Assembly: GCA_009914755.4 (NCBI GenBank)
Contig: CP086569.2
Span: 29,280,001-29,344,000 of the forward strand
Source: the human T2T-CHM13v2.0 reference genome, Homo sapiens
Direction of reading: 5' to 3'
DNA length: 64,000 nt
Shown here: piece after piece, positions 28,535 through 41,735 of the stretch
How the letters are laid out: every line of letters starts with the position of its first letter
Position numbering within the stretch: the first letter of the stretch is position 1
Position numbers and translations under genes: made by a program
Notes under the pieces: model-generated
Told to the model about the DNA's origin: nothing
Databases searched by the model: none
Seen by the model: only the letters and a program-made list of their open reading frames with translations

Positions 28535-31500
28535 AACCACAAGGAATGGACAGGAATAGAATGGTCTCGAATTGAATGGAATCGTATGGAATGGCATCAA
28601 ACGGAATGGAATGGACAGCCACGGAATGGAATGCACTCGAATGCAATGGAGTCGAAACTAATGGACTGGAATAGAATGGACTCGACTGGTACGGACTCCA
28701 ATGGAATGGAATCGAATGGAAGGGAATCGAACGGAATGGACTCGAAGGGAAAAGACTGCAATGGAAAGGTCTCGAATGGAATGGAAATTAATGGAATGGA
28801 ATGGAATCGAATGAAATGGAGTCAAAAGGAATGGAATCGAATGGCAAGAAATCGAATGTAATGGAATCGCAAGGAATTGATGTGAACGGAACGGAATGGA
28901 ATGGAATCCAAAGGAATGGAATAGAATGGAATGGAATCGAATGGAAAGGACTCGAATGGAAATCACTCGAATAGAATGCAATTTAATAAAATAGGATCAA
29001 ATGTAATGGAATGGAAAGGAAAGGAATCGAAACGAAAGGAATGGAGACAGATGGAATGGAATGGAACAGAGAGCAATGGTATAGAATGGAATGGAATCAT
29101 CTGGAATGGAATTGAATGGAATGGAATAATATGAAATGGAATGGAATGGAATGGAATGGAATGCCCTTGAATTAAATGGACTGGAATGGAATGGACTCGA
29201 ACAGAGTGGAATGGAAAGTGTTGAGATAGAATGGAATGGACTCCTTTGGAATGGTCTAGTATGCAATGCAATCGACTGGCAGGGAATCAAAAGGAATGTA
29301 ATCGAATGGAATGGACTGGAATGCAATGGACTCGAATAGATTGGAAACGGAATGCAAAGGAATGGAATGGAATAGTATGGAATGGAATGGAAAGGAATGG
29401 AGTGGAATAGACTAGAGTGGAATGGAATGGACTGGAAAGCAATGGACTGGAATGGAACTTTCTTGAATGGACTGGAATCAAACGGAATGGAATGCAATGC
29501 AATCAAATGGCATGGAATAAAATAGAATGAAAGAGAATCAAATGGAATTGAATCGAATGGAATCGAATGGATTGGAAAGGAATAGAATGGAATGGAATGG
29601 AATTGACTCAAATGGAATGGACTAGAATGGAATGGATTCGAATGGAAGGCAAAGGAATGGAATCTATTGGAATGGACTGGAATGGAAGGGATTGGAATGG
29701 ACTCGAATGGAATGGACTGCAATAGAAAGGATTCGAATGGAATGAAAAAGAATTGAATGGAATAGAACAGAATGGAATCAAATCGAATGAAATGGAATGG
29801 AATAGAAAGGAATGGAATGAAATGGAATGGAAAGGATTCGAATGGAATGCAATCGAATGGAATGGAATCGAACGGAATGGAATAAAATGGAAGAAAACTG
29901 GCAAGAAATGGAATCGAAATGAATGGAGTGTTATGGAACGGACTCAAAAGGAATTGAATGTAATAGAATGGAGTGGAGTGGACTCGAATATAATGGACTG
30001 GAATGGAATGAAATCACATGGAATGGGAACGAATGGAATGGAATGGAAAGGAATGGAATCGAATGGAAAGGAATCGAATGGAAGGGAATGAAATTGAATC
30101 AACAGGAAAGGAAGGGAATAGAATAGACGGTAATGGAATGGACTCGAATAGAATGGACACGAATGCTCAAATTGAATGGACTCGAATGGAATGGAAACGA
30201 AAGGAATGTCATCGAATGGAATTGAATCGATTGGAATGAAATCGCATAGAATGGAGTGGAATCAAATGGAATTGAATCGAAAGGAAAGGAAGCGAATGGA
30301 CTGAAATGAAATGGAATGGAATTGAATGGAAAGTAATGCAATGGAATAGAATGGAACGAAATTTCACGGAATGGAATCAAACTGAATGGAATCAATTCAA
30401 TGGAATATAATCAAATGGAATGGAAAGGAATTGAATGGAGTAGATTGGATTGGATGGGATTGGAAAGAAATGTACTGGAAAGGACTCGAATTTCATGAAA
30501 CGGAATGGAATGAATTGGAACGGAATGGACTCGAATGGAATGGAATGTCATGGAATGGCATCAAATGGAATGGCATCAAATGGAATGGAATCGAATGCAA
30601 TGGAATGCTATGGAATGGAATGGAATGCATTGGAATGGAATGTCCTCTAATGGAATGGATTCGAGTGGAATGGAATCGAATATAATAGAGTCGAATGAAA
30701 TAGAATTGAAAGGAATGGGATCGAATACAATGGAATATACTGGAATGTAACGTAATGAACTCGAATGTAATTGACTGGAATGGAATGTACATGAATGGAA
30801 TGTAATCGAATGGAAAGTAATCCAATGGAATAGAATCTAATGCAATAAAATCGACTCAGATAGAGTAGAATGTAATGGAATGGAGTGCAGTGCAATGGAA
30901 TGGAATGGAATGGAATGCAATGGAATGGAATGGAATGGAATGGAATGGAATGGGATGGAATGGTATGGAATGGATAGTAATGGACTGGAGTGAAATGGAC
31001 TGGAAAGGAATGGACTCAAATTGAAAGGGCTCGAAAGGAATGGAGTCAAATGGAATGGTCTGGAATGGAATGAACACGAATGTAATGCAATCCAATAGAA
31101 TGGAATCGAATGGCATGGAATATAAAGAAATGGAATCGAAGAGAATGGAAACAAATGGAATGGAATTGAATGGAATGGAATTGAATGGAATGGGAACGAA
31201 TGGAGTGAAATTGTATGCAGTAGAAGAGAATAGAATGGAATGCAAGCGAAAGGAAAGGAATGGATTGGAATGGAATGGAATTCATTGGAATGGAAGGGAA
31301 TGTAGTGTAATGGACAGGCCTGGAATAAAGTGGAATGCTACGGTCTCGAATGGAATAAAAATGTATGGAATGGAATGCAATGAAACGGAATCGAATGTCA
31401 TAGAATGTAATGGAATGCAAAAAAATGGAATCCAAAATCATTGACTGGAAAGGCTGGGTGTCGAAAGGAATTGACTCCAATGGAATGGAATCGAATGGAA

Positions 31501-32078
31501 TGGAAGTGAATAGAATCGAACTAAATCGAATGGAATGGAATTGATAGGAACGGATTGGAAAGGAATGCAATGATTTGGCATGGAATGGAATCGAATGGCA
31601 TCGAATGGAATGGAATGGAATGCAATGGAATGGAATGTATTAGAATGTAATGAACTTTAATGGAATGTACTCGAATGGATTCGACTGGAATGGAATGTTC
31701 TGGAAGTGAATGGACTCCAATGGAATGGATTCAAAAGGAATGGAATCGTACGGAATGGAATCTAATGGAATGGAATTAAATGGAAATGAATCAAATTGAA
31801 TAGCACGGAATTGAATTGAATGGAATCGAATGCAATGGAATCTAATGAAACGGAAAGGAAAGGAATGGAATGGAATGGAATGGGCTGGAATGGAAAGGAA
31901 TCGAAACGAATGGAATGGAATCGAACTGAAGAGACTGGAATGGAATGCACTGGAATGGAAGGGAGTGTAATGGAAGGTTCTCGACAAAAATGAAATCGAA
32001 TGGAATGGAATTGAATGGAACGGAATAGAGTCGAATGGAATTGAATGGAATGGAATGGACTAGAGTGAAATGGAATCG
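28535..32078 (+). repeat. HSat3/DYZ1-type HOR unit 9 (3544 bp)
   Basis: Anchor spacing. It is the first of three consecutive near-identical units (ORF 30386..30685 = 33940..34239 = 37494..37793). Confidence 0.9.
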
Positions 32079-35000
32079 AACCACAAGGAATGGACAGGAA
32101 TAGAATGGTCTCGAATTGAATGGAATCGTATGGAATGGCATCAAACGGAATGGAATGGACAGCCACGGAATGGAATGCACTCGAATGCAATGGAGTCGAA
32201 ACTAATGGACTGGAATAGAATGGACTCGACTGGTACGGACTCCAATGGAATGGAATCGAATGGAAGGGAATCGAACGGAATGGACTCGAAGGGAAAAGAC
32301 TGCAATGGAAAGGTCTCGAATGGAATGGAAATTAATGGAATGGAATGGAATCGAATGAAATGGAGTCAAAAGGAATGGAATCGAATGGCAAGAAATCGAA
32401 TGTAATGGAATCGCAAGGAATTGATGTGAACGGAACGGAATGGAATGGAATCCAAAGGAATGGAATAGAATGGAATGGAATCGAATGGAAAGGACTCGAA
32501 TGGAAATCACTCGAATAGAATGCAATTTAATAAAATAGGATCAAATGTAATGGAATGGAAAGGAAAGGAATCGAAACGAAAGGAATGGAGACAGATGGAA
32601 TGGAATGGAACAGAGAGCGATGGTATAGAATGGAATGGAATCATCTGGAATGGAATTGAATGGAATGGAATAATATGAAATGGAATGGAATGGAATGGAA
32701 TGGAATGCCCTTGAATTAAATGGACTGGAATGGAATGGACTCGAACAGAGTGGAATGGAAAGTGTTGAGATAGAATGGAATGGACTCCTTTGGAATGGTC
32801 TAGTATGCAATGCAATCGACTGGCAGGGAATCAAAAGGAATGTAATCGAATGGAATGGACTGGAATGCAATGGACTCGAATAGATTGGAAACGGAATGCA
32901 AAGGAATGGAATGGAATAGTATGGAATGGAATGGAAAGGAATGGAGTGGAATAGACTAGAGTGGAATGGAATGGACTGGAAAGCAATGGACTGGAATGGA
33001 ACTTTCTTGAATGGACTGGAATCAAACGGAATGGAATGCAATGCAATCAAATGGCATGGAATAAAATAGAATGAAAGAGAATCAAATGGAATTGAATCGA
33101 ATGGAATCGAATGGATTGGAAAGGAATAGAATGGAATGGAATGGAATTGACTCAAATGGAATGGACTAGAATGGAATGGATTCGAATGGAAGGCAAAGGA
33201 ATGGAATCTATTGGAATGGACTGTAATGGAATGGAATGGAAGGGATTGGAATGGACTCGAATGGAATGGACTGCAATAGAAAGGATTCGAATGGAATGAA
33301 AAAGAATTGAATGGAATAGAACAGAATGGAATCAAATCGAATGAAATGGAATGGAATAGAAAGGAATGGAATGAAATGGAATGGAAAGGATTCGAATGGA
33401 ATGCAATCGAATGGAATGGAATCGAACGGAATGGAATAAAATGGAAGAAAACTGGCAAGAAATGGAATCGAAATGAATGGAGTGTTATGGAACGGACTCA
33501 AAAGGAATTGAATGTAATAGAATGGAGTGGAGTGGACTCGAATATAATGGACTGGAATGGAATGAAATCACATGGAATGGGAACGAATGGAATGGAATGG
33601 AAAGGAATGGAATCGAATGGAAAGGAATCGAATGGAAGGGAATGAAATTGAATCAACAGGAAAGGAAGGGAATAGAATAGACGGTAATGGAATGGACTCG
33701 AATAGAATGGACACGAATGCTCAAATTGAATGGACTCGAATGGAATGGAAACGAAAGGAATGTCATCGAATGGAATTGAATCGATTGGAATGAAATCGCA
33801 TAGAATGGAGTGGAATCAAATGGAATTGAATCGAAAGGAAAGGAAGCGAATGGACTGAAATGAAATGGAATGGAATTGAATGGAAAGTAATGCAATGGAA
33901 TAGAATGGAACGAAATTTCACGGAATGGAATCAAACTGAATGGAATCAATTCAATGGAATATAATCAAATGGAATGGAAAGGAATTGAATGGAGTAGATT
34001 GGATTGGATGGGATTGGAAAGAAATGTACTGGAAAGGACTCGAATTTCATGAAACGGAATGGAATGAATTGGAACGGAATGGACTCGAATGGAATGGAAT
34101 GTCATGGAATGGCATCAAATGGAATGGCATCAAATGGAATGGAATCGAATGCAATGGAATGCTATGGAATGGAATGGAATGCATTGGAATGGAATGTCCT
34201 CTAATGGAATGGATTCGAGTGGAATGGAATCGAATATAATAGAGTCGAATGAAATAGAATTGAAAGGAATGGGATCGAATACAATGGAATATACTGGAAT
34301 GTAACGTAATGAACTCGAATGTAATTGACTGGAATGGAATGTACATGAATGGAATGTAATCGAATGGAAAGTAATCCAATGGAATAGAATCTAATGCAAT
34401 AAAATCGACTCAGATAGAGTAGAATGTAATGGAATGGAGTGCAGTGCAATGGAATGGAATGGAATGGAATGCAATGGAATGGAATGGAATGGAATGGAAT
34501 GGAATGGGATGGAATGGTATGGAATGGATAGTAATGGACTGGAGTGAAATGGACTGGAAAGGAATGGACTCAAATTGAAAGGGCTCGAAAGGAATGGAGT
34601 CAAATGGAATGGTCTGGAATGGAATGAACACGAATGTAATGCAATCCAATAGAATGGAATCGAATGGCATGGAATATAAAGAAATGGAATCGAAGAGAAT
34701 GGAAACAAATGGAATGGAATTGAATGGAATGGAATTGAATGGAATGGGAACGAATGGAGTGAAATTGTATGCAGTAGAAGAGAATAGAATGGAATGCAAG
34801 CGAAAGGAAAGGAATGGATTGGAATGGAATGGAATTCATTGGAATGGAAGGGAATGTAGTGTAATGGACAGGCCTGGAATAAAGTGGAATGCTACGGTCT
34901 CGAATGGAATAAAAATGTATGGAATGGAATGCAATGAAACGGAATCGAATGTCATAGAATGTAATGGAATGCAAAAAAATGGAATCCAAAATCATTGACT

Positions 35001-35632
35001 GGAAAGGCTGGGTGTCGAAAGGAATTGACTCCAATGGAATGGAATCGAATGGAATGGAAGTGAATAGAATCGAACTAAATCGAATGGAATGGAATTGATA
35101 GGAACGGATTGGAAAGGAATGCAATGATTTGGCATGGAATGGAATCGAATGGCATCGAATGGAATGGAATGGAATGCAATGGAATGGAATGTATTAGAAT
35201 GTAATGAACTTTAATGGAATGTACTCGAATGGATTCGACTGGAATGGAATGTTCTGGAAGTGAATGGACTCCAATGGAATGGATTCAAAAGGAATGGAAT
35301 CGTACGGAATGGAATCTAATGGAATGGAATTAAATGGAAATGAATCAAATTGAATAGCACGGAATTGAATTGAATGGAATCGAATGCAATGGAATCTAAT
35401 GAAACGGAAAGGAAAGGAATGGAATGGAATGGAATGGGCTGGAATGGAAAGGAATCGAAACGAATGGAATGGAATCGAACTGAAGAGACTGGAATGGAAT
35501 GCACTGGAATGGAAGGGAGTGTAATGGAAGGTTCTCGACAAAAATGAAATCGAATGGAATGGAATTGAATGGAACGGAATAGAGTCGAATGGAATTGAAT
35601 GGAATGGAATGGACTAGAGTGAAATGGAATCG
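32079..35632 (+). repeat. HSat3/DYZ1-type HOR unit 10 (3554 bp)
   Basis: Anchor spacing; near-identical to units 9 and 11. Confidence 0.9.
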
Positions 35633-38600
35633 AACCACAAGGAATGGACAGGAATAGAATGGTCTCGAATTGAATGGAATCGTATGGAATGGCATCAAAC
35701 GGAATGGAATGGACAGCCACGGAATGGAATGCACTCGAATGCAATGGAGTCGAAACTAATGGACTGGAATAGAATGGACTCGACTGGTACGGACTCCAAT
35801 GGAATGGAATCGAATGGAAGGGAATCGAACGGAATGGACTCGAAGGGAAAAGACTGCAATGGAAAGGTCTCGAATGGAATGGAAATTAATGGAATGGAAT
35901 GGAATCGAATGAAATGGAGTCAAAAGGAATGGAATCGAATGGCAAGAAATCGAATGTAATGGAATCGCAAGGAATTGATGTGAACGGAACGGAATGGAAT
36001 GGAATCCAAAGGAATGGAATAGAATGGAATGGAATCGAATGGAAAGGACTCGAATGGAAATCACTCGAATAGAATGCAATTTAATAAAATAGGATCAAAT
36101 GTAATGGAATGGAAAGGAAAGGAATCGAAACGAAAGGAATGGAGACAGATGGAATGGAATGGAACAGAGAGCGATGGTATAGAATGGAATGGAATCATCT
36201 GGAATGGAATTGAATGGAATGGAATAATATGAAATGGAATGGAATGGAATGGAATGGAATGCCCTTGAATTAAATGGACTGGAATGGAATGGACTCGAAC
36301 AGAGTGGAATGGAAAGTGTTGAGATAGAATGGAATGGACTCCTTTGGAATGGTCTAGTATGCAATGCAATCGACTGGCAGGGAATCAAAAGGAATGTAAT
36401 CGAATGGAATGGACTGGAATGCAATGGACTCGAATAGATTGGAAACGGAATGCAAAGGAATGGAATGGAATAGTATGGAATGGAATGGAAAGGAATGGAG
36501 TGGAATAGACTAGAGTGGAATGGAATGGACTGGAAAGCAATGGACTGGAATGGAACTTTCTTGAATGGACTGGAATCAAACGGAATGGAATGCAATGCAA
36601 TCAAATGGCATGGAATAAAATAGAATGAAAGAGAATCAAATGGAATTGAATCGAATGGAATCGAATGGATTGGAAAGGAATAGAATGGAATGGAATGGAA
36701 TTGACTCAAATGGAATGGACTAGAATGGAATGGATTCGAATGGAAGGCAAAGGAATGGAATCTATTGGAATGGACTGTAATGGAATGGAATGGAAGGGAT
36801 TGGAATGGACTCGAATGGAATGGACTGCAATAGAAAGGATTCGAATGGAATGAAAAAGAATTGAATGGAATAGAACAGAATGGAATCAAATCGAATGAAA
36901 TGGAATGGAATAGAAAGGAATGGAATGAAATGGAATGGAAAGGATTCGAATGGAATGCAATCGAATGGAATGGAATCGAACGGAATGGAATAAAATGGAA
37001 GAAAACTGGCAAGAAATGGAATCGAAATGAATGGAGTGTTATGGAACGGACTCAAAAGGAATTGAATGTAATAGAATGGAGTGGAGTGGACTCGAATATA
37101 ATGGACTGGAATGGAATGAAATCACATGGAATGGGAACGAATGGAATGGAATGGAAAGGAATGGAATCGAATGGAAAGGAATCGAATGGAAGGGAATGAA
37201 ATTGAATCAACAGGAAAGGAAGGGAATAGAATAGACGGTAATGGAATGGACTCGAATAGAATGGACACGAATGCTCAAATTGAATGGACTCGAATGGAAT
37301 GGAAACGAAAGGAATGTCATCGAATGGAATTGAATCGATTGGAATGAAATCGCATAGAATGGAGTGGAATCAAATGGAATTGAATCGAAAGGAAAGGAAG
37401 CGAATGGACTGAAATGAAATGGAATGGAATTGAATGGAAAGTAATGCAATGGAATAGAATGGAACGAAATTTCACGGAATGGAATCAAACTGAATGGAAT
37501 CAATTCAATGGAATATAATCAAATGGAATGGAAAGGAATTGAATGGAGTAGATTGGATTGGATGGGATTGGAAAGAAATGTACTGGAAAGGACTCGAATT
37601 TCATGAAACGGAATGGAATGAATTGGAACGGAATGGACTCGAATGGAATGGAATGTCATGGAATGGCATCAAATGGAATGGCATCAAATGGAATGGAATC
37701 GAATGCAATGGAATGCTATGGAATGGAATGGAATGCATTGGAATGGAATGTCCTCTAATGGAATGGATTCGAGTGGAATGGAATCGAATATAATAGAGTC
37801 GAATGAAATAGAATTGAAAGGAATGGGATCGAATACAATGGAATATACTGTAATGTAACGTAATGAACTCGAATGTAATTGACTGGAATGGAATGTACAT
37901 GAATGGAATGTAATCGAATGGAAAGTAATCCAATGGAATAGAATCTAATGCAATAAAATCGACTCAAATGGAGTAGAATGTAATGGAATGGAGTGCAGTG
38001 CAATGGAATGGAATGGAATGGAATGCAATGGAATGGAATGGAATGGGATGGAATGGTATGGAATGGATAGTAATGGACTGGAGTGAAATGGACTGGAAAG
38101 GAATGGACTCAAATTGAAAGGGCTCGAAAGGAATGGAGTCAAATGGAATGGTCTGGAATGGAATGAACACGAATGTAATGCAATCCAATAGAATGGAATC
38201 GAATGGCATGGAATATAAAGAAATGGAATCGAAGAGAATGGAAACAAATGGAATGGAATTGAATGGAATGGAATTGAATGGAATGGGAATGAATGGAGTG
38301 AAATTGTATGCAGTAGAAGAGAATAGAATGGAATGCAAGCGAAAGGAAAGGAATGGATTGGAATGGAATGGAATTCATTGGAATGGAAGGGAATGTAGTG
38401 TAATGGACAGGCCTGGAATAAAGTGGAATGCTACGGTCTCGAATGGAATAAAAATGTATGGAATGGAATGCAATGAAACGGAATCGAATGTCATAGAATG
38501 TAATGGAATGCAAAAAAATGGAATCCAAAATCATTGACTGGAAAGGCTGGGTGTCGAAAGGAATTGACTCCAATGGAATGGAATCGAATGGAATGGAAGT

Positions 38601-39176
38601 GAATAGAATCGAACTAAATCGAATGGAATGGAATTGATAGGAACGGATTGGAAAGGAATGCAATGATTTGGCATGGAATGGAATCGAATGGCATCGAATG
38701 GAATGGAATGGAATGCAATGGAATGGAATGTATTAGAATGTAATGAACTTTAATGGAATGTACTCGAATGGATTCGACTGGAATGGAATGTTCTGGAAGT
38801 GAATGGACTCCAATGGAATGGATTCAAAAGGAATGGAATGGTACGGAATGGAATCTAATGGAATGGAATTAAATGGAAATGAATCAAATTGAATAGCACG
38901 GAATTGAATTGAATGGAATCGAATGCAATGGAATCTAATGAAACGGAAAGGAATGGAGTGGAATGGAATGGAATGGAATGGGCTGGAATGGAAAGGAATC
39001 GAAAGGAATGGAATGGAATCGAACTGAAGAGACTGGAATGGAATGCACTGGAATGGAAGGGAGTGTAATGGAAGGTTCTCGAAAAAAATGGAATCGAATG
39101 GAATGGAATTGAATGGAACGGAATAGAGTCGAATGGAATTGAATGGAATGGAATGGACTAGAGTGAAATGGAATCG
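35633..39176 (+). repeat. HSat3/DYZ1-type HOR unit 11 (3544 bp)
   Basis: Anchor spacing; near-identical to units 9 and 10. Confidence 0.9.
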
Positions 39177-40748
39177 AACCACAAGGAATGGACAGGAATA
39201 GAATGGTCTCGAATTGAATGGAATCGTATGGAATGGCATCAAACGGAATGGAATGGACAGCCACGGAATGGAATGCACTCGAATGCAATGGAGTCGAAAC
39301 TAATGGACTGGAATAGAATGGACTCGACTGGTACGGACTCCAATGGAATGGAATCGAATGGAAGGGAATCGAACGGAATGGACTCGAAGGGAAAAGACTG
39401 CAATGGAAAGGTCTCGAATGGAATGGAAATTAATGGAATGGAATGGAATCGAATGAAATGGAGTCAAAAGGAATGGAATCGAATGGCAAGAAATCGAATG
39501 TAATGGAATCGCAAGGAATTGATGTGAACGGAACGGAATGGAATGGAATCCAAAGGAATGGAATAGAATGGAATGGAATCGAATGGAAAGGACTCGAATG
39601 GAAATCACTCGAATAGAATGCAATTTAATAAAATAGGATCAAATGGAATGGAATGGAATGGAAAGGAATCGAAACGAAAGGAATGGAGACAGATGGAATG
39701 GAATGGAACAGAGAGCAATGGTATAGAATGGAATGGAATCATCTGGAATGGAATTGAATGGAATGGAATAATATGAAATGGAATGGAATGGAACGGAATG
39801 CCCTTGAATTAAATGGACTGGAATGGAATGGACTCGAACAGAGTGGAATGGAAAGTGTTGAGATAGAATGGAATGGACTCGTTTGGAATGGTCTAGTAGG
39901 CAATGCAATCGACTGGCAGGGAATCAAAAGGAATGTAATGGAATGGATTGGACTGGAATGCAATGGACTCGAATAGATTGGAAACGGAATGCAAAGGAAT
40001 GGAATGGAATAGTATGGAATGGAATGGAAAGGAATGGAGTGGAATAGACTAGAGTGGAATGGAATGGACTGGAAAGCAATGGACTGGAATGGAACTTTCT
40101 TGAATGGACTGGAATCAAACGGAATGGAATGCAATGCAATCAAATGGCATGGAATAAAATAGAATGAAAGAGAATCAAATGGAATTGAATCGAATGGAAT
40201 CGAATGGATTGGAAAGGAATAGAATGGAATGGAATGGAATTGACTCAAATGGAATGGACTAGAATGGAATGGATTCGAATGGAAGGCAAAGGAATGGAAT
40301 CTATTGGAATGGACTGTAATGGAATGGAATGGAAGGGATTGGAATGGACTCGAATGGAATGGACTGCAATAGAAAGGATTCGAATGGAATGAAAAAGAAT
40401 TGAATGGAATAGAACAGAATGGAATCAAATCGAATGAAATGGAATGGAATAGAAAGGAATGGAATGAAATGGAATGGAAAGGATTCGAATGGAATGCAAT
40501 CGAATGGAATGGAATCGAACGGAATGGAATAAAATGGAAGAAAACTGGCAAGAAATGGAATCGAAATGAATGGAGTGTTATGGAACGGACTCAAAAGGAA
40601 TTGAATGTAATAGAATGGAGTGGAGTGGACTCGAATATAATGGACTGGAATGGAATGAAATCACATGGATTGGGAACGAATGGAATGGAATGGAAAGGAA
40701 TGGAATCGAATGGAAAGGAATCGAATGGAAGGGAATGAAATTGAATGG
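39177..40748 (+). repeat. HSat3/DYZ1-type HOR unit 12, truncated after about 1.57 kb at the junction with the AT-rich repeat
   Basis: The unit aligns to 35633..~37204 of the previous unit. At 40744/40748 the GGAAT-type sequence stops and AT-rich sequence begins. Confidence 0.88.
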
Positions 40749-41437
40749 ACTATATATTTTGTTATATATACTTTTATAACATAATTTACATAAAATAACA
40801 TAATGTAATATATATTATATTATTTCATATTACATAATATATATTACATATCACCCAATATAAGTAACATACATAATATTATAATATAGATTATATTATG
40901 TTATATTAAATATCATATATATCATGTATCATATATTCTATAATATATATTATATATTATATAATATGTATGTTGTCTATTATGTGATATATATAACTAT
41001 ATATATAATTATATTATTATACATATTATACATATAACTAGATAAACATGTAATTCTACATATTTTCGTTTATAATATATAGAATTATATAATCATATAT
41101 AATTATTTATATTCTATAAAAAATTATATCATTGTATAAATTATAATATATAAAAATTATAATATGTACTACAAATATATACATTATATATCATATATGA
41201 TATAGTACCTTTGTTATATATCATAATACATATAAATGTGTTTTATGTTATCTATAATTATCTAATTTCTTATATAAGGTGTATAATATGTATCATATAT
41301 TATATATGTTATGTAATATATATAGTATATATAAGATGACACAGGATAAATATTATATACTATGACATATAAAATATATGAGGTTATATGTTACATATAA
41401 GGCATAGCACATAACATGTAATATATATCATATATAA
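40749..41437 (-). repeat. DYZ2-type unit, partial (3' part of the AT-rich segment, immediately after the junction)
   Basis: 40749-41437 aligns to 43178-43853 of the next unit, with a small (~11-13 bp) indel near 41020. Confidence 0.85.

Positions 41438-41735
<298 letters not shown>

Larger units (their letters stand above)
1..40748 (+). repeat. DYZ1: HSat3 (GGAAT)n-derived pericentromeric/heterochromatic satellite array organised as a ~3.55-kb higher-order repeat; matches DYZ1 (Yq12) architecture
   Basis: The + strand is almost entirely GGAAT pentamers and one-base variants. The anchor 'aaccacaaggaatggacagg' recurs at 184, 3738, 7272, 10816, 14359, 17888, 21447, 25001, 28535, 32079, 35633 and 39177, giving periods of 3529-3559 bp. 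The ORF track repeats identically at the same lags. Confidence 0.93.

Noticed and set aside
1-40748. Possibility that the first block is alpha satellite, HSat2 or telomeric/subtelomeric repeat
   Set aside because: There is no 171-bp periodicity and no alphoid motifs. The motif is clean GGAAT (HSat3-like) and not the more degenerate CATTCGATTCCATTC-type HSat2. There is no TTAGGG.
221-40779. Hundreds of 60-316-aa ORFs on both strands across the first 40.7 kb (for example 646..1563, 28997..29947, 32541..33458), which recur with identical sequence every ~3.55 kb
   Set aside because: All are translations of GGAAT/ATTCC pentamer satellite: W/N/G/M/E-rich in the + frames and F/H/S/I/P-rich in the - frames. 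They overlap one another in all frames. They recur only because the HOR units are ~99% identical. Lengths change with 5-bp indels. There are no start or stop contexts, splice signals or codon-usage signal. The track is a prokaryote-style ORF call applied to eukaryotic heterochromatin.
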